From: Piromyces finnis finn
Taxonomy: Eukaryota > Fungi > Neocallimastigomycota
DNA: 59,532 bases
Direction: 5' to 3'
NCBI GenBank assembly: GCA_002104945.1
Contig: MCFH01000102.1
Span: 1-59,532 of the forward strand
The translations under genes and the position numbers were made by a program. Below the pieces are notes generated by a model. The model was not told the origin of the DNA. It was given only the letters and a program-made list of their open reading frames with translations, and ran no database searches. Of this stretch, positions 12,333 to 25,499 are shown one piece after another (the stretch's first letter is position 1; every line of letters starts with the position of its first letter).

Positions 12333-14250
12333 TTCCCCCTCAAACTTGATTTCATTTTGAAATTCAATATTTTAAAGTTTTGTTTTAAAATGAAATAAAA
12401 TAAATAAAAAATTTTTTTTTTTTTTTTTAAATTTTAAAATTTTGTCAAATTATTATGAATATATAAGTATAATAATGCTTTATATAATATATTGCTTCAC
12501 AAAGATTTTTACCTGTGAAATTATTGATTATTACTTTGATGGTGTATGTGTATCCGAATAAACTGGTTTCAAAACATACGCGGGATTTGTGGTTAAATTG
12601 TTATTAGAATTAGATTTAAGTTTTGATATCTTACATTTCAGATAGTAGCCATTACACTTCGCCTCGAACACAAGCTGTTTGTTTGAATCACTTTGGGAAT
12701 AATTATTTTTGCTACAATCATGCGGATCTTGATTAATTATTTTAATGTGATTTGGTTGTTGAATGGTATTTATAAATTTAATTCTGATGATACTATTAAT
12801 ATCTGGTTCGTGGTTACTTATCTCATTATTTTGGATATCAAATAAAGTTAAAAATACTTGATTGTTATGATTTTTTATTTGAGTGCTAATACCAGATTTC
12901 GTTAACTTTATCCCACTTATCAGGTTTTTATTGACGTCCTTTGAATATAGAACCTTATCTAAAACTATTTCAAAAATACATGATGATTTATTTGTAAAAT
13001 TCATAATAATTTTTTCATCAATAAAATTTTTCAATATTTCTTTATTATTTGTGATATGTTCACTTGCTCCTGTATCATAGGTAGGTCCATATAGATGTTA
13101 TGTAACCATCATTTTTATCATGTGACCTTGAATCATTACTTGGACATATTTCTTCTGTATTTTCACCTGGAAAAACATTTTTAAGAGCTAGTTCGTCAAG
13201 TATATATTTCATGTGCTCAACCTTTAATTGGTCAGAATGTATGTTTATGTAACATTCATTTTCAGGGTTAGAAATATTTGGATCATCCATTTTTTCATTA
13301 CTCTTTATTTTACTTTCAATATTGTCAGCTGTAGGTCCGAACATTGTATTTAATTCTTCATAGCATGGTATACTATCTGTGGTTTCATTATTTTCAATGT
13401 TGGAACAATATTTATCTTCATTGGCTTCCCTTTTGTATGAGAATGTTTTGTGGGCTTGTTTATTAGGATGTGTTTCATTTTTCTTTGTTCTTGTAGGTCG
13501 GCATGGATTGTAATGACAGTCCTTAACTGAATGTCCAGAAATGTTGCAAATTATACAATATTTATTATTTCTATGATGATATTTGTTTATTCTTTTATCT
13601 TTTGTGTATTTCTTTTCTATATTATCTATATCCATATAATCATCATGAAAGTCTCTATATTCATTGATGAATGGATTATTATAATGATTGTTTCCATTTC
13701 TAGCGTTTCTTGTGTTAAAAGAGTTATTATCTCTTTGTTGATTATCTTGTTTATGTTTAAAATTTGGGTTGTTATATTCCATCTGATAGCAAATAACAGT
13801 ATATCTGTTTTTATGATTTCGTATAATGTTTCGGGTGTGTATTGAGAACTCATTAATATTTTATCCATGAGGATATTTGGTAGAGCGTTGTATATAATTG
13901 TTATTTTTTCCATGTTTGATTTGTTCATGCATGAGTTTTCGAGTAATTTAAATAACTCTATAATATCATTCATGATAATCATGGTTTCCTTAAGGTTGGT
14001 GGCCTTGAGAGGTCCTAACCTTCTTGACCACTCTCCATGGTTGGAGGAGTCATCCAACTTGTACAAGCTCTTGAGTTTCTCCATCTTCTCATATGCGGAC
14101 TCACAGTTCATAATGTACCTTTTAACAGAGTCAGTACAATTTGTAAAAATGATTATTCCTGCGAGTGCTTCATTTGGTTCAAATTTGCTTGGTTTCTTGA
14201 ATGTTTTGTAGTTACTCTTGATGTAACTCCTTTGCTATTCTCGTTTTTTT
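12127..14250 (-). mobile_element. Ty1/Copia LTR retrotransposon remnant (Gag-protease, 3' LTR; no integrase/RT visible)
   Basis: Zinc knuckle CIICNISGHSVKDC. Protease WTYDTGASEHIT is restored by removing a 4-bp duplication (TAGG x2, 13078-13085). Polypurine tract GAGGGGGAA (minus strand of 12333-12341) abuts an LTR. Confidence 0.85.
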
Positions 14251-15290
14251 TTCTTGTTCCTTAAGGCAATACCATATTTAATAAAATTATTATAATCGTT
14301 AGCTCTAGAATTTTCTTCAATTTGGTTTATAGCTCCTTAACATTCTTTTAAAAGACAGATTTTGATAAAATTCTTATCTTCTTTTTTCTTCCTGTTCATA
14401 ATTTATTTTTTTCAAGGTATTTTTTTATTTTTTTTTAAAAAACATAACTTTAATTAAAATATATTTTTTTCTTTATTATTAAAATACTTTCCAATAATAA
14501 ATCCGAAATCATATCATCATATCTACCATATCTACTATTTTCTTCTGGAGTTAAATCCCTAATTTTTTAAAAACAAGAATATTTGTATTAATAACACTTG
14601 ATAAACATTTTCACACATTTTGAATTCATCATACATACTGTGCTTCAAGTGATATTCATTTAATTTTGATAAATATCATTTAAATTTTTATAATCTTTTT
14701 TAACATCTTTTTCAAAAAGACCATTAATAAAATTATATATTATTTTATCATTTGCTATTTCTAATTTATTTTCATAGTTTTTAATAAAGCAATAAAATTT
14801 TCTAAAATTTCACCATTTGTAATTTTAACATATTCATATTACCTTTAATGATTCGATTTAACATACTATTTTTATATTTTTTAATTTTACTTAAATTTTC
14901 TTTTTTTTCAGTTAATTTGGGTTTAACGGTAATTTATTTTTAAGATATTCAATAGCAGATTTGAAATCTTTAGATTCTTCATTTTTAAAATTTAAATAAA
15001 AAACAGGATATTTATAAAATCCCCTCATGCTTTTTCCATTTTTAGAAACTTCTAAACTATCAAATAAATCATTTCTTAAATTTTTCTATTAATAGGCTTT
15101 TCAAAGAATTCTTGAATCATTTTTAAATTAAAACTTTTTCCAAATTGACTTGGTTGTACTCTCAAATACACATCTTTATAATTGTTAATAAAATTTGGTA
15201 TCATCTAGTTTTATCAACAAAATAACAAAATAGTAATCATTTATATTAGAATCTTTATAAAATTCTCCAGAATATATTTCTTTTGGCATT
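14250..15290 (-). pseudogene. AAA-ATPase-like (PF09820-type) plus PD-(D/E)XK nuclease (PF08011/DUF1703-type) pseudogene
   Basis: MPKEIYSGE...YFVDKTR...QPSQFGKSFNL (decayed RPRRFGKS Walker A), ENVYQVLLIQIF...EENSRYGRYD and GAINQIEEN...FIKYGIA. Stops, frameshifts and an internal deletion. Confidence 0.8.
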
Positions 15291-15517
15291 TCCTAAAAGA
15301 ATTGAAAGAAAAATTCATAAAAGTTTTAAATAGAAAAGATGATGATATAAAATATTATTGCGAATTAATTGGAAATTCAAAAAAAGGTATTGAAAAGTAC
15401 ATTAAAAAAATGACGCAAACTTTAGAAGATCTTTTTGTAAATCTGGAAAATAATAATATTAAAAATATTGAACTTTCAATGTCTAATTTTAAGCGTTAAT
15501 AGTAATTAACGAAAAAA

Positions 15518-15848
15518 TAGTATTAGTCAAAGTAATAGTAATAGTAATAGTAATAGTAATAGTAATAGTCAAAGTAATAGTAATAGTAATAGTAATAGTA
15601 ATAGTAATAGTAATAGTAATAGTAATAGTAATAGTAATAGTAATAGTAATAGTAATAGTAATAGTAATAGTAATAGTAATAGTAATAGTAATAGTAATAG
15701 TAATAGTAATAGTAATAGTAATAGTAATAGTAATAGTAATAGTAATAGTAATAGTAATAGTAATAGTAATAGTAATAGTAATAGTAATAGTAATAGTAAT
15801 AGTAATAGTCAAAGTAATAGTAATAGTCAAAGTAATAGTAATAGTAAT
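15518..15848. repeat. (AGTAAT)n hexamer microsatellite, about 55 units, with a few AGTCAA variants
   Basis: Directly visible. It generates the spurious poly-IT and poly-Y ORFs. Confidence 0.98.
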
Positions 15849-15849
15849 G

Positions 15850-16190
15850 ATAAAGTCCTGCTTCTGAAAGGCACAACTATAAGTCAAGATGAAGAGTCTC
15901 ATTCATTCAGAATCATTATAGATAATTTCTCTCCTGTATATCAGATCATATACTAATCCCTATTAATTTTAAATCTATTCCTATGGATGATTTTTCTAAT
16001 GACTTTAAGGTTCCTAAGAAAATTCTGAAATAGAATAGATTGAATAAAATATATTGAGGAAAAGGAATCGATACACAGTCCTAATAAATCCCACATACTT
16101 TCATCAAAACTCAATGATCCTGTTATTTCAACAGATGAACTTTCCAAAGAATTTACTTCAGCTGCTCTTTCAATTGAAGATGTATTAAAT
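15850..16190 (+). mobile_element. Non-LTR retrotransposon (LINE) endonuclease fragment
   Basis: Reverse-complement match to about 21460-21750; decayed SDH endonuclease motif near 15935-15950. Confidence 0.75.
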
Positions 16191-17491
16191 ATTGTGTATT
16201 TATATGTTTTTCCTGCTAATATAAAATAAAATTTTTCGTTATTATTTTTCTTACTTTTATCTTCATATGAAATAAATAAAGCTTTATTAAAAAAATGAAA
16301 ACTAAAATAATTATCAATTTTTTTTTAATTAAATAGATTTCATAATATCTGTTTTTCATGGAAAAGCTGAATTTTTTTAAATAATTTTACATTTATACTA
16401 ATTATAAAATTATTATCTATATGTCCATAATTATAATGATTTAAAAAATTTCATAATAATTATTAATAACATCACTATTAATATTTTGTTAAAGTATAAC
16501 TTTCTTTTTGTTTTTAAATTAAAAGTGAAGGTCGTTATTATTTCTAACTAAACTTCTAATAAATATTAATGATAATTAAACCTTAATCATGTTTAATGAT
16601 TTATAATATAATTTATGTAATATCAAGTTAAATAATTGGTGTTAAAATAAAATATAATAAATATGTCTTATTTAAAATTGTAGGATATTTTAAATATATT
16701 TTACTTTTCATGAAAATTCAATATTTTTACTATTTGTTACATAAATCTATTTTTTTATAGAGTATGCAAATAATTGATAAAATTTTATAAAAAAAATGAT
16801 AAAACTTTAAAATAATTTTATGGCTATTTTTTCCTATAAGAAAAGTATTCAAATGGAATGTAAAAAAAAAAGTGAAAAAAATTTGAAAAAATTAAAACTT
16901 CAAAAAATAAAAGCATGAATTCAATTCTTTATTAATATTTCAATTACTCTTTATAAAATGACTTTATTAATATTTATTTTCTTGATAAAATAATATCAAA
17001 ACGTTGAGTTATATCATGTGTATATCATTAAAATAATACTTTTTTATTAATTTATGATATTTATACATATTATATAATAATTAAATTAATAAGCTTTTTC
17101 AATTTTTATAATTTCTTTTTATTTAAACTTTTTTCAAGTAAAATTTTAAAAAATATTGAAATTTTTTGAAAAATTTTCAAAGTTTGAATTTTTCATTAAA
17201 TTTTTTAATTAATTAATTAATTAATTATTCATCGTCCATTTAAAAAAATTTGATCTGAAAAAAAAAATGCATTTGAACATTGACACAAAAAAACTTAAAC
17301 TTTTTTTTAAAATTTTTACACTTAAGGAAATACTTTATTTTTTATAATTATTTTTTATTATATTTTATTTATTTTTTATTTATATTTTATTCTTAAAAAT
17401 GAATTATTACATGTTTTTTTTTATAAATATAAATAATAAAAATATATAAAACAAAAACTAAAAAGAAAAAAGAATAAAAAATAATTATTAT

Positions 17492-19144
17492 TTATACATT
17501 AAAAATCCATTGATCATGATCAATATATCTATTAAAATATTTAAGAAATTCATGGTTTTTTATTGTTGTAGATAATATGTAAGTATTTTTATCATCTCCT
17601 CCTGCTTTTTTTAATTCTTTTAAAATATATTTTACCTTTTGTTCTGATGATCTTTTATCAATAACAAAGAGATTTTCAATAATTTTATAGTTGTCGTTCT
17701 TCAAGGCGAAAGTATACCATTCATCTTGAAAATCGTTGTAATGAAGAAATTCCTTTACCAATAATAAAAATGTTTTATTCTTCTTTTCTTTTATTAATAA
17801 TTTTAATATATATTGAGGTATATTTAACTTTTCAATTTTTTTAAATTTATTTTTTAATATTTCAATAATGTAATCGAAATTTTCATATGAAAAGTTTTTT
17901 TGATGAATTAAAAATTGTATCACATTGTTGAAGGAATTGTCCTTATCCAAAAATCTATAATTAATATCCGCACCTTTAGAAATAAGAAAGGTGCACACAT
18001 CTCTTCTATTTATTAATAATGTATAAATGACTAAAGGTACTGATTCATTAATTAATGAATTTGGAATCTCATAATTGAAATTGGTGTATGAGAATAAGCT
18101 TATTATTTTTTTAAGTGAATCAATAGAAAATCCTGAAGTAATACAATTTGTTAATACGTCATAATCTGAAGAGTTTATATCGCTTATTAACATTTCATTT
18201 TCTTGATAAAAATAAAATATTCTTTCCATATTTCCGTTCTTTATGAATTGACTTAATTCCATTCTTTTCTTAATCAAAATTTTATTCAAATATCTGTTAA
18301 GATGATTAATATCTAATATATTATTTAAGAAAATATTTTTATACTTATAGTTAATTATGAATTCATATAATTTAAGGGAGAATCCAGGATATATTATATC
18401 ATTATTATTATCCATTATGAATTCAATTTTTTCTCTAATTGAACTTGGAATATCATAACATGAAAAAAATTTTAATTGATCAAATGAACTACAATAAATA
18501 CACCTATAGTACCATTGATATGGTACATCAAAATTTCTTTCATTAATAATTATTTTATCAAATTGATCTTTCGATATGCTTTTTTTTGATTGGTATATTT
18601 TAAGTAATTTAATAACAAAGTTTTTATCGCACTTATATTTGATATATTTGGATGCTAAATTGAAGTTAAAACTATAATTGTAAATATAATCTTTAATCTC
18701 CATTATATTCCAATTTTTGTTTAAAAGATATGAAAGAGTTTTAGTAGTTAGTAAATTTTTTTCAATTAATAATTTGACTATATTAATATTGTGTTGAGTA
18801 AAATTAATATCGCCCCCTTTGCTGATAATGAAATCTGCAATTTTAAAATGATTGTTAGCAATTGCAGAGTATAATGGGGACTTTATTTCACCATTTTTGA
18901 AAATGATGAACTTGTTAAGCGGATAATTCTTTTTTTCAATTAATAAATCTAAATATGCAATTGGAACATTGTATTCAATTGCAGAAATGACCTCATCAAA
19001 ATCTTTTTCCTCAATTAAATGGTTTGGTTGAATCATTTCATTTGATACTTCTATATCCTCAAATAACTCTACATCTGAAGTGTAAGAATTATTTGACAAG
19101 ATCATTGTTGAAGTTTCAGTACTATCAATTTCAAAAGATGACAT
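17492..19144 (-). CDS. Ankyrin-repeat protein (550 aa)
   Basis: Intact ORF with ankyrin motifs SPLYSAIANNHFKIADFIISKGGDINF and VCTFLISKGADINY. Confidence 0.9.
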   Translation of the reverse strand: MSSFEIDSTETSTMILSNNSYTSDVELFEDIEVSNEMIQPNHLIEEKDFDEVISAIEYNVPIAYLDLLIEKKNYPLNKFIIFKNGEIKSPLYSAIANNHFKIADFIISKGGDINFTQHNINIVKLLIEKNLLTTKTLSYLLNKNWNIMEIKDYIYNYSFNFNLASKYIKYKCDKNFVIKLLKIYQSKKSISKDQFDKIIINERNFDVPYQWYYRCIYCSSFDQLKFFSCYDIPSSIREKIEFIMDNNNDIIYPGFSLKLYEFIINYKYKNIFLNNILDINHLNRYLNKILIKKRMELSQFIKNGNMERIFYFYQENEMLISDINSSDYDVLTNCITSGFSIDSLKKIISLFSYTNFNYEIPNSLINESVPLVIYTLLINRRDVCTFLISKGADINYRFLDKDNSFNNVIQFLIHQKNFSYENFDYIIEILKNKFKKIEKLNIPQYILKLLIKEKKNKTFLLLVKEFLHYNDFQDEWYTFALKNDNYKIIENLFVIDKRSSEQKVKYILKELKKAGGDDKNTYILSTTIKNHEFLKYFNRYIDHDQWIFNV

Positions 19145-19320
19145 TTTTTTTATAATTTAAACGATTTTTATTGTGCTTACGTGTTTTTTAAAAATAATAA
19201 TTTATTTTGTTAAATTGTAAAAACAAGACAATAAATTTAAAAAATAAAAATGATAACAATATAATTATATTTACAATAAATAACATTTTAAACTTTTTTT
19301 AATAATTAATATTCATTGAT

Positions 19321-19527
19321 TTAAAATGATTCGTTAATTAAAATATCCTTAATAAATAAAGTTGTACTTTCTTTTTTCTTATCTCTTTACAGTTTTAATT
19401 TTATTTTTTATTTTTAATATTATTATAAGTTATTTAATTAATATTATAATATATAAATATTAGATATTAGATATTATATATTAGGTTTTTTTAAGATATC
19501 ACATTTTTAAATGGATCAACCATTTTT
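19321..19527. promoter_or_regulatory. Second copy of the conserved upstream blocks, including inverted repeat AAATGG-ATCAA-CCATTT
   Basis: Matches 1400..1574; the palindromic core is at 19509-19525. Confidence 0.55.
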
Positions 19528-20509
19528 AAGATTTAAATAAAAAAAAAAACTATTTTTTCAATTCAAAGATCATATTAATTAAAATTTTTTTTTAATATTT
19601 AAAAAATATTTTAAAAAAACTTTTATAAAATATGATAATAAATTTCAATAATAATTACCTATTATTTAAACTTATTATTTATCTTAATATTATATTTTTT
19701 TTTATTAATATAAAATTATGAACTTTTTTTTTATTATAATAATCCCCTTTCATTTGTAGTTTCAAAAAATTTCAAGGGATAATATTCCAACCTACTTGAA
19801 ATATATTTATTATTATCCATAATAATATGGTAAATATTAATTTCATTCAAAATATAATTTGCTTTTTATCATAAACATCTATATAAATTCAATGTATCTT
19901 TATCGTCAGTATTTTTTTTAACATTCTATTTAATTCATATGAATTATGAATTCATAAATATAATATATTAATTGTTTATTACGCATTGATACATTGTTAT
20001 AATTTAGTTAATATTTAAAAAAAAAATAAAAGTGAATCTCAGTTTATTTATTTTTAAAAAAATTTATGACTTAAACAACAAAAACTAATTGTAATCTTAG
20101 GTAGAATAATAATATTTTAAAAGAAATAACGGTTTCCTCTATTTCTATATGTAATTCGATAGATTCTGAAAATCTATCAACAGGAAAAAATTTTTATCCC
20201 ATATTTTAATGTTTTATTTCTCTACATTTTTTACTATCCTCTTTTATAGGCATTTTAATATTAATTATTATAAATTTAAAATCTTTAGTTTTATCAATGA
20301 ATTAAAAATATTCAAATATAGTTATTTAGTATATATTAGATAATGTTGAACTAATATCTGTTGATAATATATTTATATAATTTTTTTTTTTTTTTTTTTT
20401 TTTTTTTGAATATTAATAATAAAGATATGTAATTTTTATTTATTAATAGCTTTAATTTAATTAAATTACATTATATATAAAAAATTAAATAATAAAATAT
20501 ATAAGAATT

Positions 20510-22860
20510 TTTTGGATTGAAATGAAAAGACTGACACTTTCTTCCCTTTTACGAAATCTAAATTGTTTGTCTAATGAAATTATTTTTAAGACCATATTTT
20601 AAAATTCTAGTGGTGGCAATTTTCGAGATCAACTTAATACCATTATTGATAAGTGATATGTCTTGATAATTATCACAATCTGTCAAGTCTTCCTTCTTAG
20701 GAATAGAAACAATATTGGATTCATAAATTATTCATAAATTATCCATCCCAAATACGGTTGAATAAAATTTAAACCATTAGTATCAATATCTGAAGTGACA
20801 TTATCAGAAGAATTATTATTTGTAACATTATTAGAATCATTATTTGAAGAAATTTATACCTTGTAAAAATTAATTGGAACACCATCCAAACCCGATGCTT
20901 TATAATTAGGAGTAGAGAGGATAGCTGACTTGACTTTATTAATACTAATATCTTGGCTGATATTCCATTTATCAAACATAGAGAGTGAAAAACGCTTATT
21001 TATTGATTCTTCATACCAATGCTCCAAATCAAGACTTACACCATTTGGATCAGATGCAAGATTTTCGAAATAGTCATGTTAAACCTCTAGTTGTTCTTTC
21101 GTAACAACAACTAAATCTCCACTTTTATTTTTAGTTGGTTGAGCAGTAAAGAAAGTATCTTTTCCAAATTTTGCAGTTTTCTTGATCCATTTCCAGGCCT
21201 TCTTTGGATTATGCCTTTTTATATACTCACATCCTTTTTTAATCCAATTAAGTTCCTATAATTATTACATCTTTTGTGAATGTAATTGATGAGCTTAGGG
21301 TAGATTTTAATCCTTTTAATAAATTCTTCTATACCATAAACTCTTTCTTTTTTAAATCTCCTATACAGCTTCATTTTGATTTTTTGGAGATTAAAAATTT
21401 GTTGTGAAATATGAAATGAAGATTTTATAACATTATTTTATAAAATAATACTGAGCTCATCCGCAATTGAAAAAGCAGATGAAGTAAACTCATTGGAAAG
21501 TTCATCTGTAGAAACATTAGGATCGTTGAGTTTTGCTGAAAGTATTTGGAATTTATTATGACTGAGAATAGATTCCTTTTCTTCAAAACATTTTAATCTA
21601 TTCTATTTCAGAATTTTCATAGGAACATTAAAGTCATTAGAAAAATCATCCATAAGAATAATTTTATCATTAATAAGGAGTGGCTTATGATCTTATACAG
21701 GATAAAAATCATCTATAAATGATCCTGAGTGAATAAGATCTTTTATCTTCGAATTGACATGAGCATAATCAATGTCAGGTGATTGATTACTTCAAGTCCA
21801 AGAGATAGAAGAATCTTTAAGTGGAAGTACTTCCCAATCTCCTAATTCATTAGATGATAACCAGTTGGATAATATTACTTTAGGTATATTAAAATCACCA
21901 ACAAGAATCGATGGATGATATGAATGAAATTGCAATCACAAGCGTACTTCTAACTTTGTATGATCAACATAGATGTAGTAATGATAATGAGGCATATAAA
22001 AATATCCAATCGAGCATTTGAATCTATTCCAAAGGCTAAAAGTATAAATAGAAATAATATACTTTCCTGAGTAGTTTTCAAGTGAGGCTTGTCACGAATT
22101 GTAAATACCTAAATATAAACTTCTCATGCTGGCCACTGATTCATCAGCTTTATTGAACATGTGTCTATGGTTTCGTAAAGTAACACGACAAGAATACTCT
22201 GTATTCGATCCATAACCATTATCAGTTTCTTGAAAACATAAAAATAATAGTTTGAAAATAGTTGTGAAATAACTAATATTATATCTTTTTTCGTGATTCC
22301 ACCCATTGGTATTCTAACTATGACAAAACAAAAAGTTATTAGGCTTGTTGGATGAGAAAGAATTGTTGCTATTATTATTATTATAGTCATCATTATTAAT
22401 GGATGATGCAACAGAGGAATTAGTTGAACTATTATTAGATGGCTGTGTAACTGAAGAACTATCAACTATTGAACTGTTATCGGAGTTGATTTAACTATCA
22501 GAAATAACTGTTGAATGTTGAGGCTGAAACTGTGTTTGTTGTAGTTCTGGAATATCTTCATGTTGAAAATCTTGTTGCTGAACTTGTTGAAGTTGGATTT
22601 GATTAGATTGATGATATGAATATTAATAAGATTGTTGAATTGACTGTTGAATTGTTTGTTGATGTTCATTAAAAACTAAAAATTTATGTTTGAGTGAAGA
22701 AAAAAATGCATTTGTGATTCCTTCTACTACGAGCTGAAAAGGAAATTGAAGCAATGGAAAGTTTCTTTCTTAAGATGTGTAAGATTTTATTCCAGTCTTT
22801 CGTTGAACCATGAACCTTGACTAAAAAAAGTGATCATTGAAATTCTTATATTGATATTTA
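20510..22860 (-). mobile_element. Decayed LINE: ORF1 end, APE endonuclease and RT N-terminus, 3'-truncated
   Basis: ILVGDFN, DIDY and DHKPL (APE endonuclease), then KASGLDGVPINFYK, PKKEDLTDCDNY and FRKREE (RT N-terminal domains). Many stops. Confidence 0.85.
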
Positions 22861-24019
22861 TTCCATACTTGAATAATATTTTTAGAATTTCTTTATTTCT
22901 AAGTCAAAAAAGTTATATGTAATTAAGTTATTGTTTCATTTTTATTCACACTGACGATTTTTAAATATTTCATTGCATATATTAAAATATATTAAAATTG
23001 AGAATAGAATTGGATTTATGTTTTGTTTTGCTTTGTTTTTTTTTTTTTTTTTTTTACTAATATTAATTTAAAATCTCGCTTTAATACTTCCTATTATATT
23101 TTTATAATAAAACCATTATCCTATTTAAAATATTTCACAAATTCATAATCTCTTTCACATTCATAATTTTCAAATAGTTCTTTCAATATGCTTTTCAATA
23201 TTTTTTTTTCTTTTGAATTAATAAACAGTTTAATAACTTTAAATCTTAAGAATTAAAATATCTCTATTTATACAAATCATATATATTTAGATTGTATTAC
23301 TATTGTATATTTTTCATTTTTATAATAATCATTGTTCATTTCTATCTATATATATATTATGTTTTATAACATGAGTTATATTAATATTATCATTTCATTA
23401 TAAAATTGAAAAAGATAAAATGATATTTATCCCATTTATATTTATATAAAAAGACCATTTTTACAATGTTCAAATTCTTTTCTTAACAAAAAAAAAAAAA
23501 AAAAATGAAAATTTATTTATAATTAAATTTTATAAAACATTTTGCCACCAATCATATTTTAATATAAAAATATTTTTTCAATGGATGTAACATCTAATAA
23601 CTTTCTTTTTTATTATTATTGTTATTACATTTTATATTTTAATGTTTATATTTTTTAACTTTAATAGTTTTAATTTTAATTATCATACTTTTACAATACT
23701 TTATTGTATTGTTTTATTGTTATTTGACTTTTCATTTTTATTATAAAAAATATCAAATTAAAAAAAAAAAAAAATATATATATATAATAAAATAAATTCC
23801 ATCGGATTTATTTCCGCATTTTAGATGTCCATTTTATCTTTAGTTATTAGAGAATTTTAAAATTAATGGAAGCTACTTCAATAACTTTTAAAAACTAAAT
23901 ATAATATAAAATAAAAATAGATTACTTTTCATTCTAATTCTATTACTATCATAATTATTTTATATTAGCTGATAATTTATAAATTTAATATTCCTGTAAT
24001 ACATGATTAGTTGGAATTA

Positions 24020-24628
24020 ATTATTGAATATGATTGTTTTAATCCATACTAATTGACTGCGATTTATCCACTTGTTAGTGGTCCATTATTAACTATGAGA
24101 GCTTAGGGAAGGACTCAAAATATAGAAATACATGTACTAAATGTAAGAAAGGAAATTCATTAATTGATGGTAAATGTGTTTGTAGTAATGGATTCATTTC
24201 CAATGAAGAAGGTGTTTGTGTTATTGAACTAATAGCTACTACTTCTACTACTACTATTGAACCAACTACTGATTCAACTTCTATTATTGAAGAAAAAGTA
24301 ACTGAAGTTAAAGATGAAGAAAAATACAGAAGAAGAACCTTCATTAAGTTCAGATGAAGAAAAAGCAGAAGAAGTAACACCAGTTGAAGAAGTTGAAGAA
24401 ATTGATTTAGCTGATGAAAATGTTAACGAAGATGTTATTGAAGATGAAAAATCCACTGAATTAGATGAAAATGATGAAATTAAAGAAGAAATCAATTCAA
24501 CTACCATTAGACATATTACTAAAACTGTTACTGTAATGAGACAAACCATTCCAGCAACTAAAAAACCAAAAAAGACCATTCGTAAATGCCGTGTTATACT
24601 CCATCATCAAAAATCACACATAATGTAG
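24020..24628 (+). pseudogene. Fragment of a Cys-rich (EGF-like) plus Thr/Glu-rich extracellular protein gene
   Basis: CTKCKKGNSLIDGKCVCSNGFISNEEGVC, then a TTSTTT linker, a frameshift near 24315 and an acidic EEVEEIDL stretch. No clear 5' end. Confidence 0.55.
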
Positions 24629-25499
24629 ATGAATGGACGGTGAACAATATACAGAAAATACAGAAGATTCGGATTATTTGATTACTAATTGTAATGATAC
24701 ATTATATATAAAAACGATATTGAAATTGTCACTAAAATACTAAATTAAATTATTAATATATTTTATATAATAATTTAATATATTAATTTTATTTTAAAGT
24801 ATTTTATTCCTTTTAACTTTATATAAAATAAATTTATGAATACTATGATGTAATTTTTTAATATTTATAAATGTATTTATAATATATTAATATCTCTGAT
24901 ACTCATGATAGTAGTACTTTCGCTATATACGCTATAGATACTTTTGGTAAAAATTCTTTTCCTACGAATATATTTAGAAGTATTAAAAAAAATTAGAAGA
25001 TTAGGTGGCAGAACTCAAGAATTAGATATATGTAAGATGCATATTTATTAGCTGTTATTTTTTCTGATTGAAAAATTAACATATTTATATCTCTTCCTAA
25101 ATCTCCCATAACATATTTAATATAAAGGTATTTTATATTTTATTATTGATAAATTTACTTAATAAATTAGAATTGAATCTATTAAAAAATATAATGTTCA
25201 AATAAATATAATTTTTCAATAAAAATAATACCTTGTTGTCCAAGCGATTTGGTCTTAATATTTTATTTGTATCATTAATTAATTTAAATTATAAAAATAA
25301 TAAAATAAATCAAAATGATGTAAGAATTAAAAATAATACATAAAATTTTATTGCTTTTTTGTATTAATTGATTTATAAAATATTCATTAATCACTAAATT
25401 TTCAACTTTACTTAATGTAATATTAAAAAAAATAATGCATTTTATTAAATATTTTTAAAAATTCAATAAGTTTCTCTTGTTGAATAGTGTTCAAAAATA

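Noticed and set aside
14267-14274. TGGTATTG as the Copia primer-binding site
   Set aside because: It encodes KYGIA of the neighbouring PD-(D/E)XK pseudogene, and no 5' LTR precedes it.
15489-15902. Poly-IT and poly-Y ORFs (15489..15902, 15523..15876)
   Set aside because: These are translations of the (AGTAAT)n microsatellite.
20385-20407. Poly(T) as the LINE's poly(A) tail
   Set aside because: The RT is truncated about 100 bp earlier, no TSD is seen, and similar homopolymers are common throughout the window.
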